A stretch of DNA of 64,000 nt, from assembly GCA_020848545.1 (NCBI GenBank), contig JADLHZ010000104.1, positions 72,306 through 136,305 of the forward strand, read 5' to 3'. The DNA is from Deltaproteobacteria bacterium. GTDB taxonomy: Bacteria; Myxococcota; JADLHZ01. This document shows positions 1 to 10,255 of the stretch, piece after piece. The position numbers and the translations under genes were made by a program. How positions within the stretch are numbered: position 1 is the stretch's first letter; each line of letters opens with the position of its first letter. The notes under the pieces are model-generated. The model was not told the origin of the DNA and ran no database searches. It saw nothing but the letters and a program-made list of their open reading frames with translations.

Positions 1-660
1 ACCGAGGTCGTGTGGCACCGGCGAGGCACCGGCTCTGGTCTTTCCGGCCATTGGTCAGCCATCGACGACGGAAAGACCTTCCTCTTGAGCCTCTTGCCGG
101 GCGAGGAGTTCATCTTGTCCATCGACCGGAAGGATCCGAACGCGTGCACGGGCGGCACCACCCAAGGACCCGGGTATTTCGCCAACGGTTGCTGGGTCGA
201 TGCGCTGGCCGTGGCCTCGATCGTGGCCGACGGGCTGCTGACGGACTGGGCCGGCGTAGCGCCCATCACCGACCCGGCGAGCGACAGCGCTGCAAGCGCA
301 ACCGGCGACGATATCATCGCGCTGTCTGTCGCGGGCAGTGCGACCGACATCGCGTGGCGGATCACGTTCTCCGAGCCGATTGCGGGAGGAGTTCAGCCGA
401 GCGGCAGCTACAACATCGGCTACTCGACGCAAAATCGACTTGGGTCTTTTCGTGTTCGTTACGAGCCCGGCCTCGGGCAATTCGCGGTCTTCGATCTCTC
501 TGGCGCGACCGTCGCTGCGAGCGCGACCGACCTCGAGGTCGTGGCTCCTTGGTCGAGCATCGGCGGCAAGAGCGCGCTCGTGCAGACCCAGGTCCGCACC
601 ACGAGCGACACGCCGGGCGCCGAGCCGCTCGATGAAGGCCCCTGTTTCGTCGAGTTCTAG
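1..660 (+). CDS. Hypothetical protein, C-terminal fragment (gene starts upstream of window)
   Basis: Frame 1 is open from position 1 to the stop at 660; protein-like composition; no recognisable motif. Confidence 0.35.
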   Translation, partial: TEVVWHRRGTGSGLSGHWSAIDDGKTFLLSLLPGEEFILSIDRKDPNACTGGTTQGPGYFANGCWVDALAVASIVADGLLTDWAGVAPITDPASDSAASATGDDIIALSVAGSATDIAWRITFSEPIAGGVQPSGSYNIGYSTQNRLGSFRVRYEPGLGQFAVFDLSGATVAASATDLEVVAPWSSIGGKSALVQTQVRTTSDTPGAEPLDEGPCFVEF

Positions 661-751
661 CTCGAAAGCGCGCTTCTCTCGCTTCACTCTGCTGGACGCG
701 CGAGCCTTGCGCTTCGAACGCATATCGCGCGCTCGGCGTCTCGGCACGACG

Positions 752-3709
752 TCAGCATCGAAACAGCGCGATGCCTTGCTCGTACGCGAGAGCGCAGACG
801 AAGCCGTCGTCGATGGCCAGGACGGCGGCCTGCCCCACGCCGAGGCGGAGTGAAGAGGTCACCTGGATTGCGCCGTCCTCGGCGGTGCGCAGACGAACCT
901 TGTTGTCCTTGCCGAGACCGAGGCCACGAAAGTCCGTCGCCGTGCCAGCGTGGGTCGTGAGCCTGTCGAGATCCGTGAAAGCGATGGGCGTCGCCGCAAT
1001 GGTGCCGTCTGCGGCCACGGAAACATAGGCCGCCGCGGAGGTGCTCGAGGACGCTGCGTGCATGACGATGTCGCCGCCCATGGTGAACAGATCCGCGACG
1101 GTGCCGTCGAGCGGGCGCTCGAAGACCTTTGAGCCTGCCGAGTCCAGTCGTAGCAAACCGTATTTGGCAACGCTCGTGTCGTAGACGAGCAAGAGGGCTC
1201 CGGCGTCATCGGTTGCGCGTACGACCCTGGGATAGCGTGTGCCTAGCTGGACGAGCCCGTCGGTGCCGAAATCGGCGCACTCAACGCCTGTGTGCGCCTG
1301 CAGACACTGCAACGCGAAGGTGTCGAGCGCGCCGCCGACCGTCGCTGGTTGACGCAACGACAGAACGAGGCGCGCTTCGTCTCGGCTGAGCGCAGTGGGC
1401 GTCTGCCAGTAGCCGTCGACGACAGAGTGCAGGGTGACACTTCCGCCGGTACCGATCGTCGTCATCGGCGCCGCGGCGGCGTCGAGGAAATCGACGTGGG
1501 CGTCGGCGTAATCGTACCAAACATCGAAGAGTCGCCCGGAAGGCGTCGCGAGCACACGATGAAACGATCGCGCAGGGGTTCGGTGAGCGGAGACCGGCGC
1601 CTCCCGCGGAAGATCGGCGTCGAGCGTGGCCTCGATGATCTGCTGGTAGGCGTAGATCGTGTCGGCGTCCGGCATGGCGGCCGCGACGACGACGCGCCCG
1701 TCGCTCTTGCGCTGCGCGAGGCTCAGGCTCTGCGGCATGATCCCATGAAAGCCGCGCGTCACGGCGGACGACGACGAGAGCACGCCGTCGCGATCGAAGC
1801 GCCCGACCCACGCGCGCCGCTGGCTCAACCCATCCCGACCCGTGAGCAAGAAGTGGGTCGCATCGACGACCTTCGCGCTGCTGACGTCCGACCACGGCGC
1901 GGAGAGGCTCAGTGAGACGACTCCGCTCGAGCCGAAGCTCGTGTCGAGGCCCGCCGCGGTGAACGCTCGCAGCTCTTGCTGCGCGGCATTCGACGTGACG
2001 AGGATCATGCGGTCGTCGAGCCGAAGCAAGTGCGCCACGGTGTAGCGAGAGAGAGAGAACGCTCCGCCGCCCGCAAACGCTGCGTCGGCGCTGCCATCGG
2101 GTTGACGCCGCAAGAGCGTGGTGAAGCCCGTGCCACTGAGCGCGAGCCACAGATGTCCGCTCGGCTCGACCGCGAACCTCACGCGCGTCGCGTTGGGGCT
2201 CGAGACGGTCACGACGCCGCTGACTCCGAACGCGCTATCGTGCACGCCTTCACTGCTCAGGCGCACGATGCGCACGCCGCCGGCGCAGCCGGACGCCACC
2301 CACAAACGGCCGATCGTGTCTTGCTGAAGATCGAAGAGGGAGCACTCGGGCGAACCGAGCTCCACTCGCCCGTTGGAGCCGAAGACATCGGACGGCGTCG
2401 AGTCCATGGCGCTGCCGTCGTCGGGCGATCCGTCGTCGTTGAAGCGATGCAGCACTGTCGGTTTGTAGCCGGTGTCATGGCCTTTGACCGCGACGACCCA
2501 GCGCGCGTTTGGTTGTTGCAGGAGCTTCACGCCGTCGCTGTTGAGCCCGGATCCGGCGACCGGAATCTGGAGCGGCGCGAAGCCGGCCCTCGCCGAGCCG
2601 TCGTTGGCGAAACGGCGCAGCTCGACGACATTCGCTTGCGTTGCGTGCACGGCGGTCATCACGTCGCCGTTGCTCGCGCGGACGATCGCCGGCATCGTTC
2701 CGCTTGGAGCGTCAGACAAGCGAGTGACGCCGCTCGGATCCGCCCCGGGATCGCCGATGCGGCGCACCCCGCTCGCGTCTTCGCGCACGAGCCCGATCGC
2801 GTAGTTGAAGCCGAGCGGCGCGCGCATGATGGCCCAGTAGCCGTCCCCGTCAGGGATCGCGTCGAGATGAGCGATCGCCAAGCTGGACCCGGCCGAGAGC
2901 AGCCTCGTCAGGGCGGCGTAGCTGCGCAGCTCCGTGCGCTCAATGGTCCCGGACGCGTCGTCGCGGTAGCGCGCCTCGAAGTGTCCGAGCGGCTCTGCCG
3001 ACGAGCGGGGAATGAGCAGTGTCGTCAGCGTGCAGCTCTGGTTCGGCGCGAGCGACGCAGGGCAGTCGCTCACTGCATCCGTGTCGAAGGCAAGCTCGGT
3101 CGCTGCCGTGGCAGAGAACATCAGATCCAGCGCTGCGGCAGTGCCTTCGTTGCGAATCGTACGCGTGTCGAGCGCGGCTTCGCCTGGCCGCAGAACGTGG
3201 AAGGTGGGTGCGCTCGCCGTGAGCCGTGCGCGAGCGGGCAGCGCAAAGCCTTGCGCCCTCACGTTCACGGTGACGGAGCTCGCGGCCGATGCCGAACGCA
3301 GCTCGACGATGATCGGCGCGCTCATCGGGCCGATCACGTCGGCGGTCATCAGCACGGAAAACCCACAGGTGGCAGGCGCCGACAGTGGGTTCGCGCAGCT
3401 GATTGATTGTACCGCGGCGCGGGGGTCGAGGCTGACCACCGTAAGAGCGCCATCGCCCGACACGGCGCTTACCGTGAAATCGGCGCGGCGGCTCGCATGG
3501 ATCGGCTGCCTGCCGAGATCGATGAACGCGGGCGTGACGGTGATCAGCGGCGTATGAGGTCTAGAGGCGCCGTCGGTCGGCGCGGTGGCAGACTCCGCCG
3601 CCGGGTCGTCGTTGTTTGACGCATCCCCGCCGCGCGGGACGAGGCGCGACGACTGGCACTGACAGGCCGCAACGGTGAGAACACAGACAGACGCAATGAG
3701 GCGCAGCAT
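752..3709 (-). CDS. Large secreted lipoprotein, repeat-rich (985 aa), function unknown
   Basis: N-terminal signal peptide with lipobox-like LTVAAC; long Ser/Gly/Thr/Asp-rich body typical of beta-propeller or beta-sandwich surface proteins; longest ORF in the region. Confidence 0.6.
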   Translation of the reverse strand: MLRLIASVCVLTVAACQCQSSRLVPRGGDASNNDDPAAESATAPTDGASRPHTPLITVTPAFIDLGRQPIHASRRADFTVSAVSGDGALTVVSLDPRAAVQSISCANPLSAPATCGFSVLMTADVIGPMSAPIIVELRSASAASSVTVNVRAQGFALPARARLTASAPTFHVLRPGEAALDTRTIRNEGTAAALDLMFSATAATELAFDTDAVSDCPASLAPNQSCTLTTLLIPRSSAEPLGHFEARYRDDASGTIERTELRSYAALTRLLSAGSSLAIAHLDAIPDGDGYWAIMRAPLGFNYAIGLVREDASGVRRIGDPGADPSGVTRLSDAPSGTMPAIVRASNGDVMTAVHATQANVVELRRFANDGSARAGFAPLQIPVAGSGLNSDGVKLLQQPNARWVVAVKGHDTGYKPTVLHRFNDDGSPDDGSAMDSTPSDVFGSNGRVELGSPECSLFDLQQDTIGRLWVASGCAGGVRIVRLSSEGVHDSAFGVSGVVTVSSPNATRVRFAVEPSGHLWLALSGTGFTTLLRRQPDGSADAAFAGGGAFSLSRYTVAHLLRLDDRMILVTSNAAQQELRAFTAAGLDTSFGSSGVVSLSLSAPWSDVSSAKVVDATHFLLTGRDGLSQRRAWVGRFDRDGVLSSSSAVTRGFHGIMPQSLSLAQRKSDGRVVVAAAMPDADTIYAYQQIIEATLDADLPREAPVSAHRTPARSFHRVLATPSGRLFDVWYDYADAHVDFLDAAAAPMTTIGTGGSVTLHSVVDGYWQTPTALSRDEARLVLSLRQPATVGGALDTFALQCLQAHTGVECADFGTDGLVQLGTRYPRVVRATDDAGALLLVYDTSVAKYGLLRLDSAGSKVFERPLDGTVADLFTMGGDIVMHAASSSTSAAAYVSVAADGTIAATPIAFTDLDRLTTHAGTATDFRGLGLGKDNKVRLRTAEDGAIQVTSSLRLGVGQAAVLAIDDGFVCALAYEQGIALFRC

Positions 3710-3845
3710 GGCCGATCGACTAGCACTCGCGGTCGGCGCGCGTGAATTCGCATTGCGCCGCGGATTGGGCCGCGCATTTGCGTCGAGAAAAGACGGACAT
3801 TTCGCGCGAAAAAGGCGACTGCTGTTGCGCCGTGGCGTCGTTCGT

Positions 3846-4463
3846 TCAGCTTTTGCTCAGAAACACGCCCGTGAACCCGGCGGCGATCGACTTCGCGAGC
3901 TTGCGTCGCTCTGCGGCCGGTATCTGGCGAAGCGCAGTCTCCCGCATCGCACCTTCGGCGGCATGAAACGCGATGAACGCCCGTTGAGCCAGGGTCGCTC
4001 GCGGCAGGTGCGAGAAGAAGGGCTCGGCGAGTGACGCGATCTGCTCCTCGTAGACGGCGAAGATCCGCCGCATCACGTGGCTGCTCCCCGTCGCGTAGAG
4101 GTACTCTATGAGCACGGCCCGCACCGATGCATTGCGCGCATATTGCTCGAGCATGGCCGTCGCGAGCTCCTCGACGAGCGCCTCGAACCCGACACCTCGC
4201 TTGTCCGCCTGTAGCGAGAGGAACAGGGCAAGATCCTGCTCCATGTACGTTTCTGCCAGCACGACGAGCAGCGACCCCTTGTCGGAGAAGTACTGGTACA
4301 GCGAGCCGACGCTGACGCCGGCAACTTCGGCAATGCGCGTCGTCGTGACGGCGGCGCTGCCCTCGGTCAAGATGATCTTCTCGGCCGCCTCGAGCATCGC
4401 CGCGACGCTCAGCTGCGCCCGCGCTTGCTTGGGTCGCTTGCGAGTGACGGATCTCGGTTTCAT
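3846..4463 (-). CDS. TetR/AcrR family transcriptional regulator
   Basis: N-terminal HTH signature (AAVTTTRIAEVAGVSVGSLYQYFSDK) followed by a helical ligand-binding domain; 205 aa. Confidence 0.85.
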   Translation of the reverse strand: MKPRSVTRKRPKQARAQLSVAAMLEAAEKIILTEGSAAVTTTRIAEVAGVSVGSLYQYFSDKGSLLVVLAETYMEQDLALFLSLQADKRGVGFEALVEELATAMLEQYARNASVRAVLIEYLYATGSSHVMRRIFAVYEEQIASLAEPFFSHLPRATLAQRAFIAFHAAEGAMRETALRQIPAAERRKLAKSIAAGFTGVFLSKS

Positions 4464-4525
4464 TTGTGTGCCTTATCGACGACTGGAGCGTGGCGGTGCC
4501 GACGTGACAAGCCCAGTCGACAGAA

Positions 4526-5371
4526 GTGTCGCGCCAGCTTGGCGGCGGGACATCGATAATAGACACGTATGTCTGTTGTGAGGTATGGCGCCGCGTGCTT
4601 CGCTCCGAGCGAAACAAGGTCGCGCGCATTCTCGATTGGGCCGCCACGGGCGCGGCTGCCGGCGGCGTCTTCAGCGCGCTCGCCACCTTCGAGCTGGCGC
4701 AGCGGATCGCCATTCGCTTGGGGCCGCACGCGCACCAACGCACGGTCAGCGGCATGGCGCACGCGGTGAACTTGGCGGCGGGCCTCGCCGGCACGCGCTT
4801 TCGCGTCGAGGGCCTCGAGCACGTCGCGCCTGGCCGCAACTACGTGATCGTCTCGAACCACCAGTCGTTGCTCGACATCTCCATGTGCTCGCACTACCTG
4901 CGCGCGCTCCAGCCGCGTTACATCTCGAAGAAAGAGCTCGCCCGCGGTATCCCCGGCGTCTCGTTCAACATTCGGCGCGGCGGCTCGGCGGCGATCGATC
5001 GCAAGGATCCCGAGCAAGCGCACCAAGCGATCGCCGAGCTCGCGCGGCACGTTCACGAAGACGGATGGAGCGTGTGCATCTTCCCCGAGGGCACGCGCTC
5101 GAAGACCGGGACCATGCGCGCATTTCGCACCGGCGGTCTCCTCACGCTGCTCGCCAACGCGCCGGGTGTTCCCGTGCTGCCGGTGACGACGTCCGGCGGC
5201 TCGCGCCTCTTTGCGCACGGGCTGAAGCCGATCGTGCGCGGCGTCGAGCTGGTCTTTCGGGTTCACCCGTCGATGACGCCGCCGGATCCGCACGACGAGG
5301 CGGCGATGCGCGAGTTCCTGCGCGCGGTCGAGGAGACGATCGCGCGCGGCCTTCGCACGGAGCACGCATGA
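4526..5371 (+). CDS. 1-acyl-sn-glycerol-3-phosphate acyltransferase (PlsC/LPLAT family)
   Basis: Acyltransferase motifs NHQSLLD (HX4D block) and FPEGTRS; GTG start at 4526, true start uncertain. Confidence 0.8.
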   Translation: MSRQLGGGTSIIDTYVCCEVWRRVLRSERNKVARILDWAATGAAAGGVFSALATFELAQRIAIRLGPHAHQRTVSGMAHAVNLAAGLAGTRFRVEGLEHVAPGRNYVIVSNHQSLLDISMCSHYLRALQPRYISKKELARGIPGVSFNIRRGGSAAIDRKDPEQAHQAIAELARHVHEDGWSVCIFPEGTRSKTGTMRAFRTGGLLTLLANAPGVPVLPVTTSGGSRLFAHGLKPIVRGVELVFRVHPSMTPPDPHDEAAMREFLRAVEETIARGLRTEHA

Positions 5372-5841
5372 AGAAGTGGTTCATGGCGCTCGGTGCGGCG
5401 CTCGTCATCGCGGTGATCGCCTTCGTCGTCCACGAGCACCACGGCGGACACGACCACGCCGCCGGCGGAGACTCAGCGAAGCTCACGCTGCACGACGGCG
5501 CGAAGTGGGAGACCGACGCCCCGATGAAGGAAGAGATGGCCGCCATCAAGGACGAGGTCGCCGCGGCGCTCGGCGGTATTCGCGGCGGCGCCTACTCGCC
5601 CGAACAATACGGCGCGCTCGCTGACGCCATCGTGCGGCGGGTCAACGCCATCTTCAGCAAGTGCAAGCTGCCGCCCGAGGTCGACGCGCAGGCGCACCTC
5701 GTGCTCGGCGAGCTGCTCGCCGGCGCCGCGGCGATGAAGGGCGAAGGTGATCGGAGCGCCGGCGCTGCGAAGGTGGTCCGCGCCCTCGCTGCCTATGGCG
5801 ATCACTTCGCGCACCCGGGTTGGCAGCCGCTCGAGCGCTGA
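5368..5841 (+). CDS. Hypothetical membrane-anchored protein with His-rich segment
   Basis: ATG overlaps the upstream stop (ATGA); N-terminal hydrophobic helix (MKKWFMALGAALVIAVIAFVV) followed by HEHHGGHDH. Confidence 0.5.
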   Translation: MKKWFMALGAALVIAVIAFVVHEHHGGHDHAAGGDSAKLTLHDGAKWETDAPMKEEMAAIKDEVAAALGGIRGGAYSPEQYGALADAIVRRVNAIFSKCKLPPEVDAQAHLVLGELLAGAAAMKGEGDRSAGAAKVVRALAAYGDHFAHPGWQPLER

Positions 5842-5918
5842 GGCTCATCGCGCGGGACTTCGAGCAGGAACCTCGTCCGCGCCGCCTCCAGAGACGCACT
5901 GCCGCCGTGCCTGCGGTC

Positions 5919-7808
5919 CTAAGCGAGCTCCTTCGAATGCAAGGTCGGCATGCTCGTCGTGACGGTGGCGTCTTCGCGCGCGGTGTCGACCACTTGATCG
6001 ATGATGCGCACGATGTCGTCGACGTTGCGCGAGGTCTCTTCCGGACGCTCGCAGTGCTCGAAGTGCGGATAGTGGCCGCCGGTCGCGAAGCGGTGCACCT
6101 GCGCGCGGTGCATGCCGATCTTCTCGACCGCGGCCGACACGAGCATGCTCTCCTGCCAATGCGGATCACGCGCGCCGATGATGACCGAGCAGCGGGCGAG
6201 CTCGGCGACGGGCGCCGTCTTGGCGCTCGCGTTCATGCGGGTGATGTCCGCGAGCGCTCGCAGATCGGCGCGCGCGAGCTCGCGGGCGAAGATCGCCCGT
6301 TGCTCGGCGGTGAGGCCGCGCCATTCTTCACGTGCGTCAAGGGAGCGCGCAAGCCGGCGGAACAAGGACGGGAACCGGCGCGCGGCCTGAAACAACAGCG
6401 CGACGAGCGGCGCCATCACGGCGGCGCGCCGGTTGTGCTCGGGAAAGAGCGGCGTCAATGCCACGCGCGCGGTGTGGGGGTGCAGCGCGCGATCTTCCAA
6501 AGTCATCAGGCCGGTCGCGGCGAGCGAGTGCCCAACGAGCACGCGCGGCAGCCCTTCGATGCCGAGGACCTCGAGCCACGAGAGCAACGCCTGCGCCAGC
6601 GCGCCGGGTGAGGTCTGCGCGCGCGAACGGGCCGCCGAGAAGCGCGACTCGCCGAAGCCGTGCACGTCCGGCACGAGCACGATCGCCCGCGCGTTGTCAC
6701 GGCAGATCGCGAGGGCGATCCGCCGCCACGCCTCGCGCGTACACATCCACCCATGCGCAAGGACGACGGCGACGTCGGCGCGCGAGAACGCGTCGGCGGA
6801 GTCGATACGGCCGAGGCGGCCTTCGTGTCCGAAGACGGACCAGCCAAAGTCCTCGTAGGCGCTGCGCTCGCGAAAGCGCATCGACGCCTGCGCGATGTCG
6901 CCGTGCGCCGCTTCGAGATGGCGCAGGCGGTACCGTGCCTCGGCGATCTCCGGCGTGTGCGCGACTCGCGCGATCGGGTGCTCGGCCCAGCCGAACGGCC
7001 GCCGCGAGCGTACGCGGTCGGCCACGAGCACGTGCGGGCCGGTGGCCGACAGATCGATCGCGGACAGCGCCGCCGTGAGCTCGGCCACGCTCGCGAAGCG
7101 TTCGCCCGGCGCCTCTCTTGTGGCGCGTTCGAGGCACGCGACCAAATCGGGTGGCAGATCCACCGGCAGCTTCGCGCGCACGCTCGGCCAATCGTCCGGC
7201 AGCTCGTCGCCGGCGAGCGCGCGAAGGAGCGTGCGCCCGAGCGCATATTGATCCGCCGCCGGCGTCGCGCCGTCCCAGCCGCGCTGCTCGGGCGCCATGT
7301 AGCCGGGCGTGCCGATGGGGACGACCGCTCGCCCCGGGACGCGCTCATCGGTGAGCTGCGCGATACCGAAGTCGGCGAGGAACGCGTTGTCATGCCGATC
7401 GAGGAGGATGTTCGAAGGCTTCACGTCGCAATGCACGACGCCGCGTTCGTGCGCGTGCGCGAGGGCCGATCCGATCTGCATCGTGATGCGGACGGCTTCG
7501 GCCGGCTCCATCGGGGCGCGCAGCTTGTGCGTGAGATCGACGCCGTCGATGTACGCCATCGCGATGTGACCGTCGGCGAGCTCGTAGCGCGCCACGATGT
7601 GCGGATGCGCGAGCCGAGCGATCGCACGCCGCTCGGTCTCCAAGCTCTCGACGTTGCGGCGCTTGGTCGCGAGCGCCGGCGGGACGAGCTTCACGGCGAC
7701 GACGCCTCCCGTCTGCTCATGGCGTGCGAGCCACACCTCGCCCATGGCGCCGCGGCCGAGCCGGCGCTCGAGCAAGTACGGGCCCTTCTTGGCGGGCGTC
7801 TCGCTCAC
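5919..7808 (-). CDS. Ser/Thr protein kinase fused to a C-terminal alpha/beta-hydrolase-like domain
   Basis: Kinase subdomains GRGAMGEVW, VAVK, HCDVKPSNILL, DFG, GTPGYMAPE; C-terminal half has a hydrolase-like GHSLA nucleophile elbow. Confidence 0.85.
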   Translation of the reverse strand: MSETPAKKGPYLLERRLGRGAMGEVWLARHEQTGGVVAVKLVPPALATKRRNVESLETERRAIARLAHPHIVARYELADGHIAMAYIDGVDLTHKLRAPMEPAEAVRITMQIGSALAHAHERGVVHCDVKPSNILLDRHDNAFLADFGIAQLTDERVPGRAVVPIGTPGYMAPEQRGWDGATPAADQYALGRTLLRALAGDELPDDWPSVRAKLPVDLPPDLVACLERATREAPGERFASVAELTAALSAIDLSATGPHVLVADRVRSRRPFGWAEHPIARVAHTPEIAEARYRLRHLEAAHGDIAQASMRFRERSAYEDFGWSVFGHEGRLGRIDSADAFSRADVAVVLAHGWMCTREAWRRIALAICRDNARAIVLVPDVHGFGESRFSAARSRAQTSPGALAQALLSWLEVLGIEGLPRVLVGHSLAATGLMTLEDRALHPHTARVALTPLFPEHNRRAAVMAPLVALLFQAARRFPSLFRRLARSLDAREEWRGLTAEQRAIFARELARADLRALADITRMNASAKTAPVAELARCSVIIGARDPHWQESMLVSAAVEKIGMHRAQVHRFATGGHYPHFEHCERPEETSRNVDDIVRIIDQVVDTAREDATVTTSMPTLHSKELA

Positions 7809-9196
7809 GCGGAGGGCTTGTGCAGCGCGGCGAGGATGTCGGGCAGGAGCGCGAGCAGCGTGTGGCGCTCGTTCAGGCCCGGCTCTTCGAGCACGCGTTC
7901 GAGCAGCGCTTCGAGCACGTCGCGAACGATCCGCGACGGCTTCAGGGCGAGCGCTTGCATGACGTCGTTGCCGTCGATCGCGAGGTCCGTCACCTTCACC
8001 GCGCGCGACTTGCTCAGCACGTCGGTGATGCGCGTCTTCAGCGGCTCGAGCTCGCTCCGGGGATCTTCGCCTTGGCCGCGGCCGACGATGTCCGCCGCGC
8101 GCAGATCGAAGAGCGGCTCCAAGCGCTCCTCACCGACGCGACCGACGAAGCGGCGGACGGCGCCGTCGCTCCACGCGGGGTCGTACCAAAACATGTGGTT
8201 CTTCACGAGCGCCACGATGAGCTCGCGCTCTTCGTTCGAGAAGCGCAGGCGGCGCAGGATTTGATCCGACAGGTCGGCGCCGACGTGGTCGTGGCGATAA
8301 AAAGTGTTCTCGCCGGGAGCGCCTTCCTTCGGCGCGACGGTGCGCGGCTTGGCGATGTCGTGGAAGAGCGCGCCGAGCCGCGCGGTCCTCCCCACCGCCG
8401 CGTCGATGCATGCAATCGTGTGATCGTACACCGAGTACTTATGGAAGTGGTTCTGGTGCATGCCGACGCCTTCGAGCAGCTCCGGCAATACAATCGCGAG
8501 CAGGCCGCTCGTGCGCATCAGCTCGAACGCGATCGACGGCTTGTCGGTGTCCAAGATCTTCAAGAGCTCGTCGCGCAGACGTTCGACCGAGACCCTGCGA
8601 ACGACGTCCAGCGTCTCGCCGATCGCCGAGAACGTGCGCGCTTCGATCTGAAAGCCGAGCTGCGCCGCAAAACGCACCGCGCGCATCGGGCGCAGGCCGT
8701 CCTCGGAGAAGCGCTGCACCGCTGCGCCCACCGCGCGCAGGACCTTCCCGTCGAGATCCGTCTGACCGCCGTACGGATCAACGAGGCGATCGGCCGCGGG
8801 GTCGTAGGCGATGGCGTTTATCGTGAAGTCGCGTCGCGCGAGGTCGTCTTCGATCTTCGACTTGAACTCGACTTGGTCCGGGCGGCGGCCGTCGCTGTAA
8901 CCGACGTCGGCGCGGTAGGTCGTCACTTCGATCGGCTTGCCGGCGCCGCTCGAGTTCATCCACACGCTGATCGTCCCGTGCGCGATGCCGGTCGGCACCG
9001 TGAACGGAAAGAGCGTCGCCACCTTCTTGGGCAGCAGGTTCGTCGCGAGGTCGAAGTCGCCCGGCGTCTTGCCGAGCAGCACGTCCCGAACGGCGCCGCC
9101 GACGACGAACGCTTCGCCCCCCGCCCGGCGCAGGTTTTCCGCGGCGTCGTGGACCACCTGGGGGATGTTTCGAGGCTCAATGGAGCGACGCGTCAT
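7805..9196 (-). CDS. cca: CCA tRNA nucleotidyltransferase / poly(A) polymerase family with HD domain
   Basis: Pol-beta nucleotidyltransferase motif GGAVRD...GDFDLAT, RRDFTINA motif, and a downstream HD domain (HDIAK, RHDHVGADL); ATG start. Confidence 0.85.
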   Translation of the reverse strand: MTRRSIEPRNIPQVVHDAAENLRRAGGEAFVVGGAVRDVLLGKTPGDFDLATNLLPKKVATLFPFTVPTGIAHGTISVWMNSSGAGKPIEVTTYRADVGYSDGRRPDQVEFKSKIEDDLARRDFTINAIAYDPAADRLVDPYGGQTDLDGKVLRAVGAAVQRFSEDGLRPMRAVRFAAQLGFQIEARTFSAIGETLDVVRRVSVERLRDELLKILDTDKPSIAFELMRTSGLLAIVLPELLEGVGMHQNHFHKYSVYDHTIACIDAAVGRTARLGALFHDIAKPRTVAPKEGAPGENTFYRHDHVGADLSDQILRRLRFSNEERELIVALVKNHMFWYDPAWSDGAVRRFVGRVGEERLEPLFDLRAADIVGRGQGEDPRSELEPLKTRITDVLSKSRAVKVTDLAIDGNDVMQALALKPSRIVRDVLEALLERVLEEPGLNERHTLLALLPDILAALHKPSA

Positions 9197-9274
9197 TTTT
9201 CAGTTGCCAGCTTTGACGCAGCGTGTTAGCTTCGCGTCCATCAGTTGAACCGCAGCTGTATAGGAGAGAAGCAA

Positions 9275-9616
9275 ATGGAAACGCAACCGAAGGCTTATGG
9301 TGAGACGTTTCGGCGGGGCATCAGCCGCGCCCTCGAGCGCTTGGACCAAGTCGGCTTCCTCTCCGAAGACGTCAAAGAGACGCTGACCTCGAACGCCGCC
9401 AAGCTCTGCCTCGCCGAGGCGATCGCCGAGCAAAAAGCCGTGGAGCTCTCCGAGCGCGCGCGCAAAGAATGGGACGCCCAAGCGCCGCAAATCATCGCAT
9501 CGATCGAACGGTTGGTGAGCGCGCTGAAGACGCCGCCACCGTCACCGACTGCCACCGCCGAGGCTGCCGATTCTCCCCAGACTCCACCCGAGGCGGATGG
9601 CAAGCCGGAGGCGTGA
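9275..9616 (+). CDS. Hypothetical small protein
   Basis: ATG preceded by AGGAGAGAAG ribosome-binding site; helical, Pro/Ala-rich tail. Confidence 0.45.
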   Translation: METQPKAYGETFRRGISRALERLDQVGFLSEDVKETLTSNAAKLCLAEAIAEQKAVELSERARKEWDAQAPQIIASIERLVSALKTPPPSPTATAEAADSPQTPPEADGKPEA

Positions 9617-9701
9617 TCGCCCGCGCCCTTCGAGGCGATCACGCTTCCGGCTCAATTTTTTGGAACCAAGCTCAGGAAACACAAGGATAGGAGAGAGATA
9701 T

Positions 9702-10097
9702 ATGAGCAAGAAAGAACCGCAACATGAAGGCGTCAAGGAACTGGTCGAGAAGGTGCAAGCTTCCTTCAAGACGGCGGAGGAGAGCCTCGCCAAGACCTTG
9801 AAAGAGCTGAGCGAGCGCCTCGCTGACGCGCAGCAGGACGCCAAGAAGCGCTTGGACGAAGTCCTCGCGCTCGTCCAAGGCAAGGACCTGCAAGACCTCC
9901 AAGACGACGCCCTCGCCCGCGTGCAAGCGCTGCGCGAAGAAGTCGAAGGCAAGCTCGATCCGGCGGCGCTCTTTGCCGCGCTTGGCCTCGCCACGAAGCA
10001 AGACGTGGCTGCGGCGAACAAGAAGATCGCCGCCCTCACGAAGCGCGTCAACGAGCTCGAAGGCTCGAAGAAACCGTCGCGCCGCGCCGACGCCTAG
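9702..10097 (+). CDS. Phasin-family (PHA granule-associated) protein
   Basis: Strong RBS AGGAGAGAG upstream; coiled-coil protein whose C-terminal segment LGLATKQDVAAANKKIAALTKRVNELEG matches the phasin-family pattern. Confidence 0.6.
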   Translation: MSKKEPQHEGVKELVEKVQASFKTAEESLAKTLKELSERLADAQQDAKKRLDEVLALVQGKDLQDLQDDALARVQALREEVEGKLDPAALFAALGLATKQDVAAANKKIAALTKRVNELEGSKKPSRRADA

Positions 10098-10255
10098 GTC
10101 TCGAAAGACACCTAGACGAATCCGAAAACGTTCTGTAATGAGCCGCCGGTCTTTGACGGACTGGGACGGAGCGTCACGTTCCGCGTTCGGGCGCTTGGGC
10201 GTGGCGGATCAGCACGGCGATACCTACACTGGGATCGCCGCAGGGAGCAGAAGTC

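Noticed and set aside
1281-3406. Long ORFs (289 and 476 aa) overlapping the large lipoprotein gene on other frames and strands
   Set aside because: Arg/Ala/Gly-dominated translations typical of shadow ORFs in high-GC DNA; no motifs; fully overlapped by a better gene.
6332-9229. Multiple 250-530 aa ORFs antisense or out of frame to the kinase and cca genes (e.g. 6660..8264, 7724..9229)
   Set aside because: Extreme Arg/Ala bias and no domain signatures; the opposite-frame genes carry clear kinase and nucleotidyltransferase motifs.
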